A stretch of DNA of 64,000 nucleotides from Mobula hypostoma (GCF_963921235.1 NC_086097.1:33358001-33422000), one strand, 5' to 3'; shown: positions 50,587 through 64,000, numbered from the stretch's first letter. The notes: a model not told the origin generated them from the sequence alone. Numbers and translations are program-made.

Positions 50587-53500
50587 ACCACTGTACAGAC
50601 ATGTTTACAGAATACAGTTACTCATTCACAGAGCTGCACCACACTCCCATTCTCCCTCCCAAAGCCTCACCATCAACAAGCCAGTCAATGAGGAGGAAAC
50701 ACCAGCAGGTACTGGAGACCCCCCCTGAGGCTCACACCATCCTGCATCATTCTGGAGCTTCCTCCAGCAGCATAGCAGGAGCACCGCAAGGGCTCAGAAA
50801 GACTTTGTCAAGGGCACAAAGGTGAAAGATGCCCGTCACCAGTTACTGAATCAAGACCATAAGATATAGAAACAGAATTAGGCTATTCAGCCTAGAGTCT
50901 GCTCTGCCATTCCATCATGGCTGATATATTTTCCGTCTCAGCCCCATTTTCTAGCCTTCACCCCTGAGATCCTCTGACAATGTTTCTAATCATAAATGTA
51001 CCAATATACCCAATAACTTCCACAGATTCTCCACCCTCTGGCTAAAGAAATTCCTCTTCATCTCTGTTCTCAAGAACCATTTGTTCTCGAACAGCCAATT
51101 TCCTATGATCCATGTACTGTGAATTTATGGGCTGTTTATTTGCCAATAAAATCCCCGACTTTAACCCCTCCTAATGTTTTCACTTCTACCATTGGATGCA
51201 TTTCTCTCCTGTTCTAGCTGGGTTAGTAGCCCTCTGCCCCAACCCGGGACCTGACCCCATTCTAGTATCCAACCTGGAAACGGCAGCCACAGCCAAGGTG
51301 ATGAATTCCCTCATAAGTTGGAGAATCCTTCAGAATCTTCAAAGTTAAAGCTCCTTCCCTTCAACCAAAACAAATCCAATTGCTCAGTGAACAATAGTGA
51401 TTCCACTTCCAACTGATTTGTTGATGTGAGACACACTGTTGTGTTCTAACAGTGTGATGCGACACCTTCCACTGTATGAAAAACCATGTCCTAGTATGGA
51501 CAACCTATCAAGCCGCAGTGTAGTTTTCATCTACTTTTATATGTAAGGAGATAGTTGAGTATTTCACTCGGTCTGGTTACTAACTTTCAAAGCCGTCCCT
51601 CAGATGGGTTTCCTTCATGGCTTGTGAAACATTAATTCATGTATCGAAGTGGATTATTGGAGATGGTGACATTAGGGAACCAAGCCCTCACTGGTCCCTT
51701 TGTACATTAGTGGAAGGTCCCACACTCCCACTGTGAGAGAGGAGAGAGGATGAATGGCCGTACTGACTAGGAATTATTCCTCATCAACCTCCCCACGCAC
51801 TTGTCCTATTGGCAGTTCTGAGAGCTTGCGTCCACTAACTGCCTGCTTCGCTGTCTATCTTCTGAGAACACACCAAATGTGTTCCTAATGAGCAGGCGTC
51901 GGGTTGGGGGGGTGGCACAATGGAAGTTACTAGAGGCCTGGTTCCCTCAGTTTTTTCTATTGGAAATCATACTCTGTCCCAACTGGGGCATCTGCTGGAT
52001 TTCAGGACCTTTCCAAACTCGCCTCCTGTCCAAGAGGATTTTTACACAGATCAGGAAGCATACCAGCACTCCTGCTGTCTAGTCTGGTCTGGGTCTGTGT
52101 GCACCAGGTTAGCAAACAATGGAATCCCTGCCCCAGCAATGGGTATCACAGATACCGAGACATAACCCACTCTGAACAGAAGCCAGCCTCGCACTCTGGG
52201 AGGTATAGACCCCTGATCAAAGCCTACTATGATATGCCAAGAGAAAAGCAAGGTTGGATTTCCTTCAAAGCCTTCCTACTCAAACAGTGGATCCTTGACA
52301 AAGGTTTGGCCCCCATCCTGCTTACTTCCTCTGTGAGACTCATGGCAACTCTTGTTACGCCTTGCTGGCTCAGACCCTGGCACAACACCATGGCCAGTAG
52401 AGGATGGAGGGAACTGTTCCTCCCAAGTTGCAGTGTGCCGCGGAGTCCACAGCGAGACAACCGCAAAGACGCTGGCTCTGGAGCTGAGGTAGGAAGCAAG
52501 GATGCGTGGTGGGGGTTGGGAAGGGGATCCCAGAGGGACTGGCTGTGGGGAAGACAGGAGGAAGGGGCTCAGGGTATGCAGAGACATCTCCATAGATCAG
52601 TCAATAAATTAAAAAATGGGAATTATAAATTAAATATAATGAAAACATACCGCAGTGCAAATGTCAATGTAAATCGGAGAGAAGCAGTCTCCCTGTGTGT
52701 CCACACCTCCCTACAGGTCACTGGGGAGCTCATCCCACCCAGACACCTCTGCAGAGGGGCAACGCAGACAGCACACACAATGAATGCCCCACTGACTGTC
52801 ACCAAGAGACCAGCCAACGGAGACTGTCACTGTGAGACTGAGCCACACTGACTGTCACCGAAAGACTGATGGTGACCATCACCGAGTTAATGACCCACAG
52901 AGAATATCACCAAGACTGACCCGTGGAGACCCTCACTGAGAAATTGACCAATAGTAAATGTAACTGTCTGGGTGGGGGTGACAGGGGGTTTCTCTGGGTG
53001 ACACTGACGGGCGAGGGCATCTCTCTGGGTCAGTATATCATTCAGGTTTTGACCGGAGCGTCTGCTGTGGGAATTCTGCCATGCTAGACACTCCTCTTCG
53101 GCTTCACATGTCACAGTCTGTGAACAACACACAGCGGGATGATTGGGGGGTTGGGGGTGGAGCTCTTACTTGGCAGCCACCAGCCAACATTGGTGCTCAG
53201 TAAAGGCCAGGATCACGCTCGTCCTATAGGACATATTTCATGCATCGCTGCACATTCTCCGGCCGGAAGCTCCTCACTCTGGTCTGCTCACATACAAAGA
53301 GTTCTTGAGGCTGGAGCAGGGGGTCAGCTGCAGTCCTTTGAACCCCTGTTCTCTGTATGTCTGGTACATGGGGCCGTTTGAGGAGCCAATGGCCCACTGG
53401 TCAATGTTACTCATGTTAAAACCTGATGTCGCTCTCTGCCTTCCTCTGGCTACAGTGCAGAGATATTCAGCATCATCTCCCATGTCTTGTCGCCACCACA

Positions 53501-53674
53501 CTCGCTACATCACAACTTCACCGATCCTTTACTTCTGGTGCAGAGTTTGGACTTGTGAATCTTTGTGACTCCTGTCTTGCCAGCTTCTTCCATCAGGCAG
53601 CAATGAGCAAACGCACCAGGCCCTTCGTTAGCCTCCTGGTGTCTGCCGCTTGGGTCTTGAAGCCTGTCCCTCTC

Positions 53675-53915
53675 ACATACTTGGACACATGTACTCCAAC
53701 ACACACCCACACATATACTCTTAAGACACACCCATACATACATGTACCCCAACATGAACCCACAAATGCACGCCAGCACGCAGCCACCCACACACGTGTA
53801 CTCCAACAGCACCCATGCACATGTACTCCAACATATACCTCCTATACAGATATGTGCACTCCAACACACAGACCTCACATATGTACATACAGACCCCACA
53901 CGCATGCATACAAAC
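53675..53915. repeat. Degenerate CA/TG-rich low-complexity repeat in the proximal 3' UTR
   Basis: Runs such as acacacccacacatatac and catgtactccaacacac directly after the TGF-beta stop codon. Confidence 0.8.
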
Positions 53916-53934
53916 ACGGGCAATCTGGGGAACC

Positions 53935-54096
<162 letters not shown>

Positions 54097-54639
54097 TCAA
54101 CAAAGGGAGAACAGCTCACTAGATCATTTATCTCTCCACAATAACACCCCACACACCACCTCACCCAGCAGCTAAAACCTAAACTCACTGAGAGGGCTGA
54201 GTGCCCCATTTGAATCTGCTCTGCAATTCCATCATGGCTGATCAACCCCATCCCTCTCAACACCATTCTCCTGCCTTCTCCCCATAACCTTTGACACCTA
54301 ATTAAGAATTTATCAACCACTGCTTTAAATATACCCAACAACCTGGCGTCCACCACCCTCCGGCTTAAGAAATTCCTCATCTCAGTTCTAAAGGGACATC
54401 CTATTTGGAGGCTGTGCCCCCAGTCCTAAACTCCCACACTATAGGATTATCCTCTCAATATTCAATGGGTTTCTCTGAGATCCTTCTTCATTCTTCTAAA
54501 TTCCAGCAAGCACAGGGTCATCAAACGCTCCTCATACATTAACCCTTTCATTCCCAGGATTATATTCAAGAACTTCCTCAAGACCCTATTCAATGGGCTT
54601 TTGGCTTTTTCCATCAGCTCAGTCAAAACACGATTCATT

Positions 54640-57600
54640 ACCAAGGGCAAATAATAAGGCAGGGATAAGCGGAGCGACCGTTGTGCAAGTGGACCACTTT
54701 TAGAGTGGGGAATTTTTGCCTCAGCAGGCTTCGGCAACAACAGACAAGGTACGTTTCTGGTAAGTTTCTTCTTCATTCTTCCTTAGTTAGTGCAATGAGA
54801 ATGCTCCGGGGATGTGTTGTGTTCTTTGTGTAAGATGTAGGAACTCTGGGAGACCTCCAGCCTCCCGGATAACCACACCTGCACTAGGTGCACCGAGTTG
54901 CAGCTCCTCAGAGAACGTGTCAAGGAAATGGAGCTACAACTCGATGACCCTCGGCTCATATGGGAAACAGAGGAGGAGATGATAGATAGCAGAGAGGGAA
55001 TGGAAATGGGCAGACAGAGCAGAGTGGCTGTTTCCCTCAGTAATAAGAATACCACTTTGGATACTATTGGGGGAATGACCTATCAGGGTGGAGCTGTGGC
55101 AACTGGATCTCTGGCACTGAGTCTAGCACAGTGGCTCGGAAGGGAATGGGGGAAAAGAGGAAGGCTGTAGTGAAAGGCAATTCCATAGTTAGAGGAGTAG
55201 ACACAAGATTCGATCGATGTGAAAGAGACACCCGGATAGTACATTGCCTTCCAGGTGCCAGGATCAGGGATGTCTTGGATTGGGTCCAAGGCATTCTAAA
55301 GGAGGAGGGTGAAGAGTGTCTTGGTACATATTGGCACCAATGACATCGGTAGGAAAATGTAGTTAGGTGGTAAGCTGAAAAGCAGGAGCTCCAGGATTGC
55401 TGCCTGTGCCACGCACCACTATGGACAAGAATAGGATGATCTGGTTGAGGAACTGGTGCAGGAAGCAGGGCTTCAGATTTCTGAATCACTGGGATCTCTT
55501 CTGGGGAAGGTATGACTTGTACAAAAGGGACAGTTATACCTGAACCCAAGGGGACCAATATTCTTGTGGGCATGTTTACTAGAGCTGTTGGGAGGGTTTA
55601 AACTAATCTGGCAAGGGAATGGGAACCAGAGTAATAGGGCTGAGGATGGGAAAGTTTGCATCCGATTAGATGCAGTGTGCAGTGAGACTGTCAGAAGGAC
55701 GAGACAAAATTTCCATCAGTGGAATGAAATGCAGTGTAGTATGATGACAAAATCAAAAAGGGTGGCAAATACTGGATTGAAGGTGTTATATTTGAATGCA
55801 CATAGTATATGGAATAAGGTAGGTAATCTTGTAGCACAGTTAGAGTTTGGTAGGTATGAATTTGTGGGCATCACTGAGTCGCGGCTGAAAGAAGATCACA
55901 GTTGTGAGCTTAACATCCAAGAATACACCTTGTATCGAAAGGACAGGCAGGTAGGCAGAGGGGGTGGGTGGCTCTCTTGGCAAAAAATGAAATCAAATCC
56001 TTAGGAAGAAGTGACATAGGATCAGAAGATGTAGAATCCTTATGGGTAGAGTTAAGAAACTGCAAGGGTAAAACACCCTGATGGGAGTTATATACAGGCC
56101 TCCGAATAGTAGACAGGTTGTGGCTGCAAATTACAACAGGAGAGAGAGAAAAAAAACACGTCAAAAGGGTAATGTTACATATAGTTACAAATAGTTATGG
56201 GAGATTTTAATATGCTGGTAGGTCAGAAAAATCAGGTTGGTGCTGGATCCCAACAGAGAATTTGTAGGAGGCCTACAAGATGGCTTTTTAAGAGCAGCTT
56301 GTGGTTAAGCCCATGAGGGGAAAGGGAAAGGCTATTCTGGATTGGATGTTGTGTAATGATTCGGATTTGATTAGTGAGCTTAGGGTAAGTGAACCCTTAG
56401 GAGGCAGTGATCATAATATGATAGTATTCAACCATGCATTTTGAGAGGAAGAAGCTAAAGTCGGGTGGATAGCATTACAGTGGAGTAAAGGGAATCACAG
56501 CAGCATGAAAGAGGAGCTAGCCAAAGTTGATTGATAGGGGATTGGAGTTTCTGGGAACAATTCCGAAGGTGCAGGATAGATACATCCCAAAGATGAAGTA
56601 GTATTCTAAAAGCAGGATGATGCAATCATGGCTAACAAAGGAAGTCGAAAACAACATGAAAGCAAAAGAGAGGGCATATAACAAAGCAAAGATTAGTGGG
56701 AAGTTAGAGGATTGGAAAGCTTTTTAAAACCAACAGAAGACAACTAAAAAAGCCATAAGGAGGAAAAAGATGAAATATGGAGATAAGTTAGCCAATAATA
56801 TAAAAAAGGATGCCAAAAGCTTTTTTTCCAGATATATAAAGAGTAAGAGAGGTTAGAATACATAACAGACCACTGGAAAATAATGCTGGAGACGTAGTAA
56901 TAGAACTAAATAAGGATTTTGCATCAGTCTTCACTGTGGAAGACATTAGCTGTATGCTGGAATTTCAAGAGTGTTAAGAGGCAGAAGTAAGTGCAATTGC
57001 CATTACTAGGGAGAAGGTGCTTGGGAATCTGAAAGGTCTGAAGGCAGATAAATCACCTGGACTAGACAGGCTAGACCCAGGGGTCTGAAAGAGGTAGCTG
57101 AAGGGATTGTGGAGGCATTAAATATAACCTTTCAAAAATCTCTAGATTCTGGCATGATTTCAGAGGACAGGAAAATTGCAAATGTCACGCCACTCTTCTA
57201 GAAAGGAGGGAGGCAGAAGAAAGGGAATTATAGGCCAGTAAACCTGACTTCGGTGGTTGGGAAGAGGCTGGAGTCTGTTTTTAAGGATGAGATCTAAGGG
57301 TAGTTGGGAGGCACATGATAAAATAGTCAGCTGGCTTCCTTAAGAGAAAATCTTGCCTGACAAATCTGTTGGAATTATTTAAGGAAATAACAAGTAGGAT
57401 AGACAAGGGAGAATCGGTGGATGCTGTGTTTTGGATTTTCAGAAGGCCTTTGACAAGGTGCCGCATGTGAGGCTGCTTAACAAGTTAAGAGCCCATGTTA
57501 ATAAAGGAAAGATATGAGCATGGATAGACTATTGGCTGATTGGCAGGATGCAAAGAGTGAGAATACAGGCAGCCTTTTCTGATTGGCTGCCAGTGACTAG

Positions 57601-58610
57601 TGGTGTTCCACAAGGGTCTGTGTTGGGACCGCTTCTTTTTACATTATATGTCAATGATTAGGATCATGGAATTGATGGCTTTGTAGCCAAGTTTTCAGAC
57701 GATACAAAGACAGGTGGAGGGGCAGATAGTGTTAAGAAATCAGTTAAGCTGCGGAAGGACTTAGACAGATTGGGCGAACGGACAAAGAAGTGGTAGATAG
57801 AATACAGTGTCAGGAAGTGCATGGTCATGCACTTTGGTAGAAGGAATAAAAGCATAGACCATTTTCTAAACAGGCAGAAAATTCAAAAATCCAAGGTACA
57901 ATATTACTTGGGAGTCCTCATGCAGGATTCCCTAATGGTTAACTTGCAGGTTGAATCGCTGGTGAGGAAAGGGCATGCAATGTTAGGATCCATTTTGAGA
58001 AGATTGAAATATAAAAGGATGTAATGTTGAGGCTTTATCAGGCACTGGTGAGGTTTCACTTGGAGAATGGTGAGCAGTTATGGGCCCCTTATCTAAGAAA
58101 TGATGTGCTGACAGTGGAGAAGTGGAGAGGGTTCAGTGAACGTTTATGAGAATCAATCCACGGATGAAATCATATGAGGAGTGTGTGATGGACTTGGGCA
58201 TGTACTTGCTGGAATTTAGAAGAATGAGGAGGGGCAGAATCTCATTGAAACCTATCAAATTTTGAAATGTGTAGATAGAGTGGATGTGGAGAGGATGTTT
58301 CCAAGTGGAGGAGTGTAGGACCAGAGGGCACAGCCTCAGAATAGAGGGACATCAATTTAGAACGGAGATGAGGAGGAATTTCTTTAACCAGAGGGCAGTG
58401 AATCTATAGAACTTGTTGCTACAGGTAGTTGTCGAGGGCAAGACGCTGGGAGTATTTAAGGCAGAGATTGATAGGTTCTTGATTAGTCAGGGTGTGAAAA
58501 ATTATGTGGAAAAGGCAGGAGAATAGGATTGAGAAGGAAAATAGAACAGCCATGGCGAGCAGACTTTATGGACTGAATGGCCTAATTCTGCTCCTATAGG
58601 TCTTATGGAG
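54640..58610 (+). mobile_element. Near-full-length decayed CR1 LINE in the last TGF-beta intron (antisense to the gene)
   Basis: ORF1 remnants (CxxC finger, coiled coil LLRERVKEMELQLDD, SGNH-esterase-like GNSIVRGVD...CLPGARIRDV), APE (LYLNAHSI..GITES), RT segments and a 3' tail ..ctcctat..tcttatgg. Many stops and frameshifts. Confidence 0.9.
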
Positions 58611-59220
58611 ATTTACAGGGGTATTGCCAGGATTCAAGAGACGGAATTGTTGGGAGAAGTTGGACAATTATAGGAAACTGACGGATGATCTTATAGAGAT
58701 GTGTTAAATAACGAGGGGCATAGATAGGATAAATACACTCAATCTTTTCCCCATGGTTGGGGAATAAAGAACTAGAAGGCAAAGGTTTGAAAGAGAAGGA
58801 AGAGACTCATTTCCCACTGTTGTCAGTAAGGAGTTTGTACGTTCTCCCCATGACCACATGGCTTCCTCTGCGTGTTCCGTTTTTCCCCTCATTCCAAAGA
58901 TGTATGGGTTAGTCAGCTCATTGGCCACATGGATGTAATTGGGCAGCACAGATTCATTGGGCTGAAGGGCCTGTTACATGAGGTACCTCTAAAGAAGTAA
59001 AATAAATAAGTAAATCTTTTTCATCCAGAGAGTAATCAGTATATTGAATGAGCTGCCAGAAGAAACAATTGAGGCAGGTACATGAATAACATCTAAGAGG
59101 TATTTGGACAGCTACATCGGTAGAAAGATTTAGAGGGAGATGGATCAATCACAGGCAAGGTATATTGGTCGGCATAGCCTAGCTGAGCTGAAGGACCTGT
59201 TTCCATGCTGTAGGGCTCAC

Positions 59221-59374
59221 CGTGCTGTGTTGCGTATCGGTGCTACGCAGGTAGGGGCATGGCCCAGCGCAGAAGTTTGCATAGTACCCCTTGGGCTCGT
59301 GGATCCACTTCCAGCCAAGATCCTGTCGAAAGTCGATGTACAGGGAGCGCACGCAGCAGTTATCCTCATAATGC
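59221..59374 (-). CDS. TGFB3: TGF-beta3-like ligand, coding exon (equivalent to exon 6), mature cystine-knot domain
   Basis: tttgcag|g cat tat...agc acg|gtgagc; encodes [51 protein letters not shown]. 154 nt, phase 2 to phase 0. Confidence 0.97.
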
Positions 59375-60257
59375 CTGCAAAGAAATGTTAGCACATTGAG
59401 CGAATCCGCCAGACTCTGCCTTCACTTCCACTCTACAGTCTATGAGGTCAACACACGAGACCACAGACTATCATGAGGGGGCTGCGGTGGAGAAACCTGA
59501 AGATGATTCTACGGTGGGAGAGAATGGAAGAATGAGGAGGGGTAGCAGGCAATAGACCACAGGAGTGAAGGGTCAGGAATCGAGGACAATGAGGAACCTG
59601 TGAAGGCACCGAAAGGTGGGGCTGGCTCAAGCAGCCTAGTGGCCTTTGCCTGCCCTGATTTTCTTCTATTGAACAATGAACTTTAAAGTTCTCACCAATG
59701 TTTTCAAATCTCCACTATCCTCCCATCTCCCCAGTCAACCCCATCCACCCTGTGACCACAGCTGCCCCAGCCATAACCACATCCTCAGGAGAGAGCCTGC
59801 ACCTGAGCTCTCCAATCCCCTTCCAAGGCCTGGAGATAATTGGCCAATGTAAATACCCCCATTGTGTAGGTGAGGGGTAGAATGTGAGGAGAATAATGTG
59901 GGATTAGTGTTGAATTGGTGTAAGCAGTCAATACAGACTCAAATCAGCCTGGGAGATGTCTGGAGTGAATGGGTTCAGATGGGTAAGTGGAGGGGCGAGT
60001 GAGGTTATAAATTTCGGAGTGGGGTGAGATCAACAGTGGAGGTCAGGGATTCAGAAATGGAGGAGTGTGAGTAGGGAGTGCAGTTTAATGATTTGGGAGT
60101 AGAGGTGAACAGTTGGGGTTACAGATTCAAGTGAGGGGCATTAGGGTGGAATGGGGGTCACAGATTTGGGAGTGGGGAGGGAGGAGGAGTGAGGTTTACA
60201 GGTTTAAGATGAAAGAGAGTGAGGGGGTGAATGGGAGGCATGGACTGGGGGCCATAC

Positions 60258-60447
60258 CTGAAGCAGTACGTTGTGTCCAGTGCTCGTTTTTTCCTCTGTC
60301 GCTGCTGCTGATTGTCCAGCCGGTGGGGAGGTAGCACCATGAGAATGAGGTGGGGGTTGGTGGGACCCCGGCTCAGTAGCTTCTGTTCCTTGCGTTTCTG
60401 GAGACGGCCCTGGTCCCCCCGCTCTGTGTATTCGTAGTCATCGATTC
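60258..60447 (-). CDS. TGFB3: TGF-beta3-like ligand, coding exon (equivalent to exon 5) with RGD motif, RKKR furin site and start of the mature peptide
   Basis: ccacag|ga atc gat...ttc ag|gtatgg; encodes [63 protein letters not shown](R). 190 nt, phase 1 to phase 2, consistent with neighbouring exons. Confidence 0.96.
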
Positions 60448-61090
60448 CTGTGGCCGAGAGGAGAGAACTGCACTCTGTCACTGACCCTCAATGCACTGCA
60501 CCAGCCCATCCATCTACCCCCTCCACTCTCCACAGTGCACCCTCACCCTCACCTCCTCCTCTACATCCCATGCCTCTCAGAACCTCCCATCACATCTACT
60601 GCACCTTCAGACAATGCATCCTAGGAAATCTCTGTGGGTAGACACTGCCGTCCTCTGTCCTCGCATCCATTCCAGTCCTCTGCTCATCACCCTTCTTGGG
60701 GACCTTCACTCCCCAGTGAGGTACAGGTCTGTGAACAGAGAGGGTGTGGATGGGGAAATGTCTCAGGATGACCATGGCATCAGCCGTAAACAAAGTTTCT
60801 TTGGTCATTGAGTGGAAGAGGGAGAATGTGGACTAAAGGATGTAGGAGTTGTGAAATGCACAGTAGGAGGACATGGCCTGTAAGTCAGGCTGGGTACAAT
60901 GTCCACTTCCAGAGAGTAAAGGACAAGGGAAAAATCCCAGCAGAGACATCCGTCACGTGGGCTTAACGACCTTTTGTTATCCCATTCCCAGTTATCTGAT
61001 CCAAAACATATATTCATTTTCTCTTCCCACGGATGCTGCTCAGTCTGCTGAGTTTTTCTGTTTTTATGGCCCCATTTGGATTATATCTTT

Positions 61091-61780
61091 CAAGATGGCG
61101 GTGCGTTCAATTGCTGCAGCTTCTATGGGGTCATCCAGAGGTGTTATGTCTTTTATAAATGTTTTTTTTTACTATTGCAAGACCCTGCTGGACATTAAGG
61201 AAGTACTGCAAGTCTACCCCATCAGTGAGTTGCACATTGGTGGAGAAACTGAAGGAGCTGGACTTGATGTGGATTGTGCTACTACCTGCATCAGTGAGGT
61301 GGAGGGATCGGTACGCAAAGGCAGTGTGCAGTCTAACAGCAAGTGGTTGTCTTAGTCACTTTTCTTGTGATCACGAGAGCCTGCTGGACATTGTTGATGT
61401 GGAGTTCTGCAAGTCTGATTCACTGATTTATTGGCCCATGCCAGGGGAGCTTCATGGCCTCAATCATAGTGAGGACTAGGCCTCAAGCTGCCGAGGAGAG
61501 AGGTGTCAGTACTGGGGCGCTCCACCGGAGGTGGTATGGCGCAGCATCCAAGCTGGGGTCAGTACTGCCCCCAGGTGCTCACTTGGCAGAAGACAAGCTG
61601 TATTTTGTTCAGCTGCAGACTGCTGCAATATTCATGGACTCAGGGTCTTGGACTATATAGATGTTATATCTTTATAAGTTGTGTGTGACTGTTGATACTG
61701 TGTTTTGAATGTTGGCCCTGGAGTATCACTGTTTTATTTGGCTATATTCATGTATGGATGAATGGCAATTAAACTTGAAC
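61091..61780 (+). mobile_element. Non-coding interspersed repeat starting CAAGATGGCG; related copy at 10085-10834 plus 12707-12756 (-)
   Basis: Colinear similarity with the reverse complement of the 10-12.7 kb copy; 3' tail attaaacttgaa. Confidence 0.7.
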
Positions 61781-62569
61781 AGGTTGCTGCTCTATTAAAC
61801 TCTAGTTAGGCCTTACTTGCAGTATTGTTTTCAATTCTGGTCACCTTATTATAGGAAGGATGTGGAGACTTTAGAGAATTTGCAAAGAAGATTTACCAGG
61901 ATGGTGCCTGGATTAGAGGGCATGTCTTATGAGAAAAAGTTGAGTGAGCTACTGTTTTTCTCTTTGGAGTGAAGGAGGTTGAGAGGTTGTATGAGATTAT
62001 AAGAGGCACAGATACAGTGGATAGCCAGAGGCTTCTTTCCTGGGCAGAAAGAGCTAATACTAGGGGGACATAATTTTAAGGTGATTGCAGGAAAGTATAT
62101 TTGGGATGTGAAAGGAAGATTTTTTTTAAAAACAGAGTAGTGGGGATGGAAGGGTTGGATTGATCTTGAAGTATGTTAAAAGGTCAGAACAACGTTCTGG
62201 GTCAAAGGTCTGTACTGTCCTATGTTTATCTCCGGTTTCCAGCATCCGCAGTTTACTGAAGTTGATCACTTATGCATGCCCGTGCCTCCACATCCAAGTC
62301 CTACACAGCCCCCAGGGGCAGCTTCACCAGTTCCATTAGTGTGACATTGTCTTATCCCAACAATAACCCCCAAACAGCACCACCAACATAGGCAGTTCAT
62401 GAGTTTACACCTAATCAGAGGGTGGAAGAAGGGAAGGGGGATGTTGGGAGTGGGACCAAAGGATAGGAGGGAACAGGGGAGAGAGTGAGACTTTGAGGGA
62501 AAGCAGTCGGGTTGCGAGGTTGGGGAGGGAGGAAACCAGTCCAAGAGAAAAACATTATTCAGTTCCTAC

Positions 62570-62674
62570 CCTTAAATTTCACATCCAGAACTTCCCCTTC
62601 TGCAGAGATGACACCATTGGCATGGAATGTATGGCAAGGACAATGAACGCTAATTTCCAGACCAAGATTCGTGT
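62570..62674 (-). CDS. TGFB3: TGF-beta3-like ligand, internal coding exon (equivalent to exon 4; latency-associated peptide)
   Basis: Minus strand reads ttttgcag|ac acg aat ctt...aag g|gtagga and encodes (D)[34 protein letters not shown](G). This resembles TGFB3 SNLGLEISIHCPCHTF...EIKFKG, including the LAP CPC motif. 105 nt, phase 1 to phase 1. Upstream exons were not found in the window. Orthology to TGFB3 is tentative. Confidence 0.93.
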
Positions 62675-63129
62675 CTGCAAAACACAAGCTAGTTAGATCC
62701 CAACGAAGACAGAAAATCACCAACAACTGACCCAGTCCAGTCCAACACAGGTAACACACGATCTCACCATGTCCCATGGATACATTGAATAATAGCCCAT
62801 TACTACACAATGAAACCAACACCCTCCAACACAGCCCACCACAAACACAAAATGCCCCCTAACAAAATGTTCCGCAGATCCAACTAAAGCTAACACATGC
62901 AACATAATTCAGCCAGCATACAATCTGCTGGTCGATCTCAGTGGGCAGAGCTGCTTCTGTGGGAGGAAAGGAATTGTCCACATTTCGGGTTGAGCCCCTG
63001 CATCCAGACTCTGCATCTGTTGTTCCGGATTCCAGCATCTGTAGTCTCTCGTATCTACATTATCCAACCAAACTCCATAGGCTAACAAAGCAGCAACACA
63101 AACCCAACGCTGCCTGAACAACATCAAAT

Positions 63130-64000
63130 ATAGACTAGTAGCTCAAGGGGCAGTTAGTGAAATTTGGGTCCAGTGACCATAGTTCTATTAGTTTTTAAAT
63201 AGCTAAGGAAACAAGACAGAACAGGTCCAGAGGGCAAAGAATTGAACTGGATCAGAGCCAACTTTGAGGGCATTAGGTTGTTGACTGGGTGACTCTTTAT
63301 AAAGGCAAAGGAACAGCTGACAATTTTTAAAAGAGTCAGATCAAGCATCTAGGGCAGCATATTCCTGTTAAGGTGAAGGGTAGACATATGAATTTCAGGG
63401 AACGCTGGCTGATAAAGAGATATCAAGGCTCTAGTCAGAAAAAGACAAGCCTTAATACCTTTTTTAGATCATCACTTTTAGGCAGCTGGGTACAAATGAA
63501 TCCTTCAACGAAAATAAAAATATTATAAACAGGCTTCAGAGGGAAGTCAGGAAGGCAAAAAGAGAGAACGAGATGGATTTGACAAGCAAGATTAAAAATA
63601 ATCCCAAGAGATCCTTCAGTTATATTAACAGTAAAAGGGTAACTAGGGAGACACGAAGTTTTCTTAAAGACCATCAGGGCCATTTATGTGTAAAGTTGCA
63701 GGAGAGGGCTGTGATTTTTAATGTACTTTTCTCCTTAGTGTTTACTAAGTAGAATATCACAGATGCCAAAGAAATGAGGGTAACGAGTGGTCAGTTTTTG
63801 GATCATATGCCTATTACAAGGAAGGAGGTTTTTGCAGTCTTGTAGTGCATTAAGCTGGGCAAATCAGAGCCTGACAAAGTGTAACCCTGGACCTTATGAG
63901 AGGCCAAAGACGAAATCGCGGAGACCCTTGTAGAGTTATTTGTTTTGTCATTACTCACTGCTGAAGTTGCAGAAGACTGGAGGAGGGTGGCTAATGTTCC
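63130..64000 (+). mobile_element. CR1 ORF2 fragment (intronic, runs off the window)
   Basis: CR1 APE-RT tether remnants (gggtccagtgaccatagt, aatcccaagagatccttcagttatatt, gaagactggaggagggtggctaatgtt). Confidence 0.72.

Noticed and set aside
52099..52851. 250-aa plus-strand ORF
   Set aside because: No recognisable domain, non-ATG start, runs through AT-rich and tandem sequence, and lies antisense to the probable TGF-beta 3' UTR.

Overview
Repeat-dominated vertebrate genomic DNA, most likely from a cartilaginous fish (inferred from V-SINE/HE1-like SINEs and dense CR1, Rex1/Babar and Penelope-like families). The only host gene I can confidently identify is the 3' half of a TGF-beta ligand gene on the minus strand. 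Four phase-consistent GT-AG coding exons (62570-62674, 60258-60447, 59221-59374, 53935-54093) give part of the latency peptide, an RKKR furin site and a complete 112-aa TGF-beta3-like mature peptide; the latency peptide has an unusual RGDQ motif. The rest is a nested TE mosaic: CR1 (one near full length), Rex1/Babar, L1, HERO, a hAT-Charlie relic carrying a minisatellite, Tc1/mariner-type elements, V-SINEs and an RTE-tailed SINE. The most notable system is a young Neptune-type Penelope-like retroelement family whose 3' terminus encodes a minimal hammerhead ribozyme (CUGANGA...GAAACGUC). It has repeatedly inserted as TSD-flanked inverted pairs (a 682-bp-arm and a 101-bp-arm palindrome, plus older degenerate versions). 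PLE hammerheads are a known class; what may be new is this family and its recurrent palindromic mini-elements. All comparisons were made by eye or from recalled reference sequences, and no searches were run. Ends of old TE fragments are approximate.
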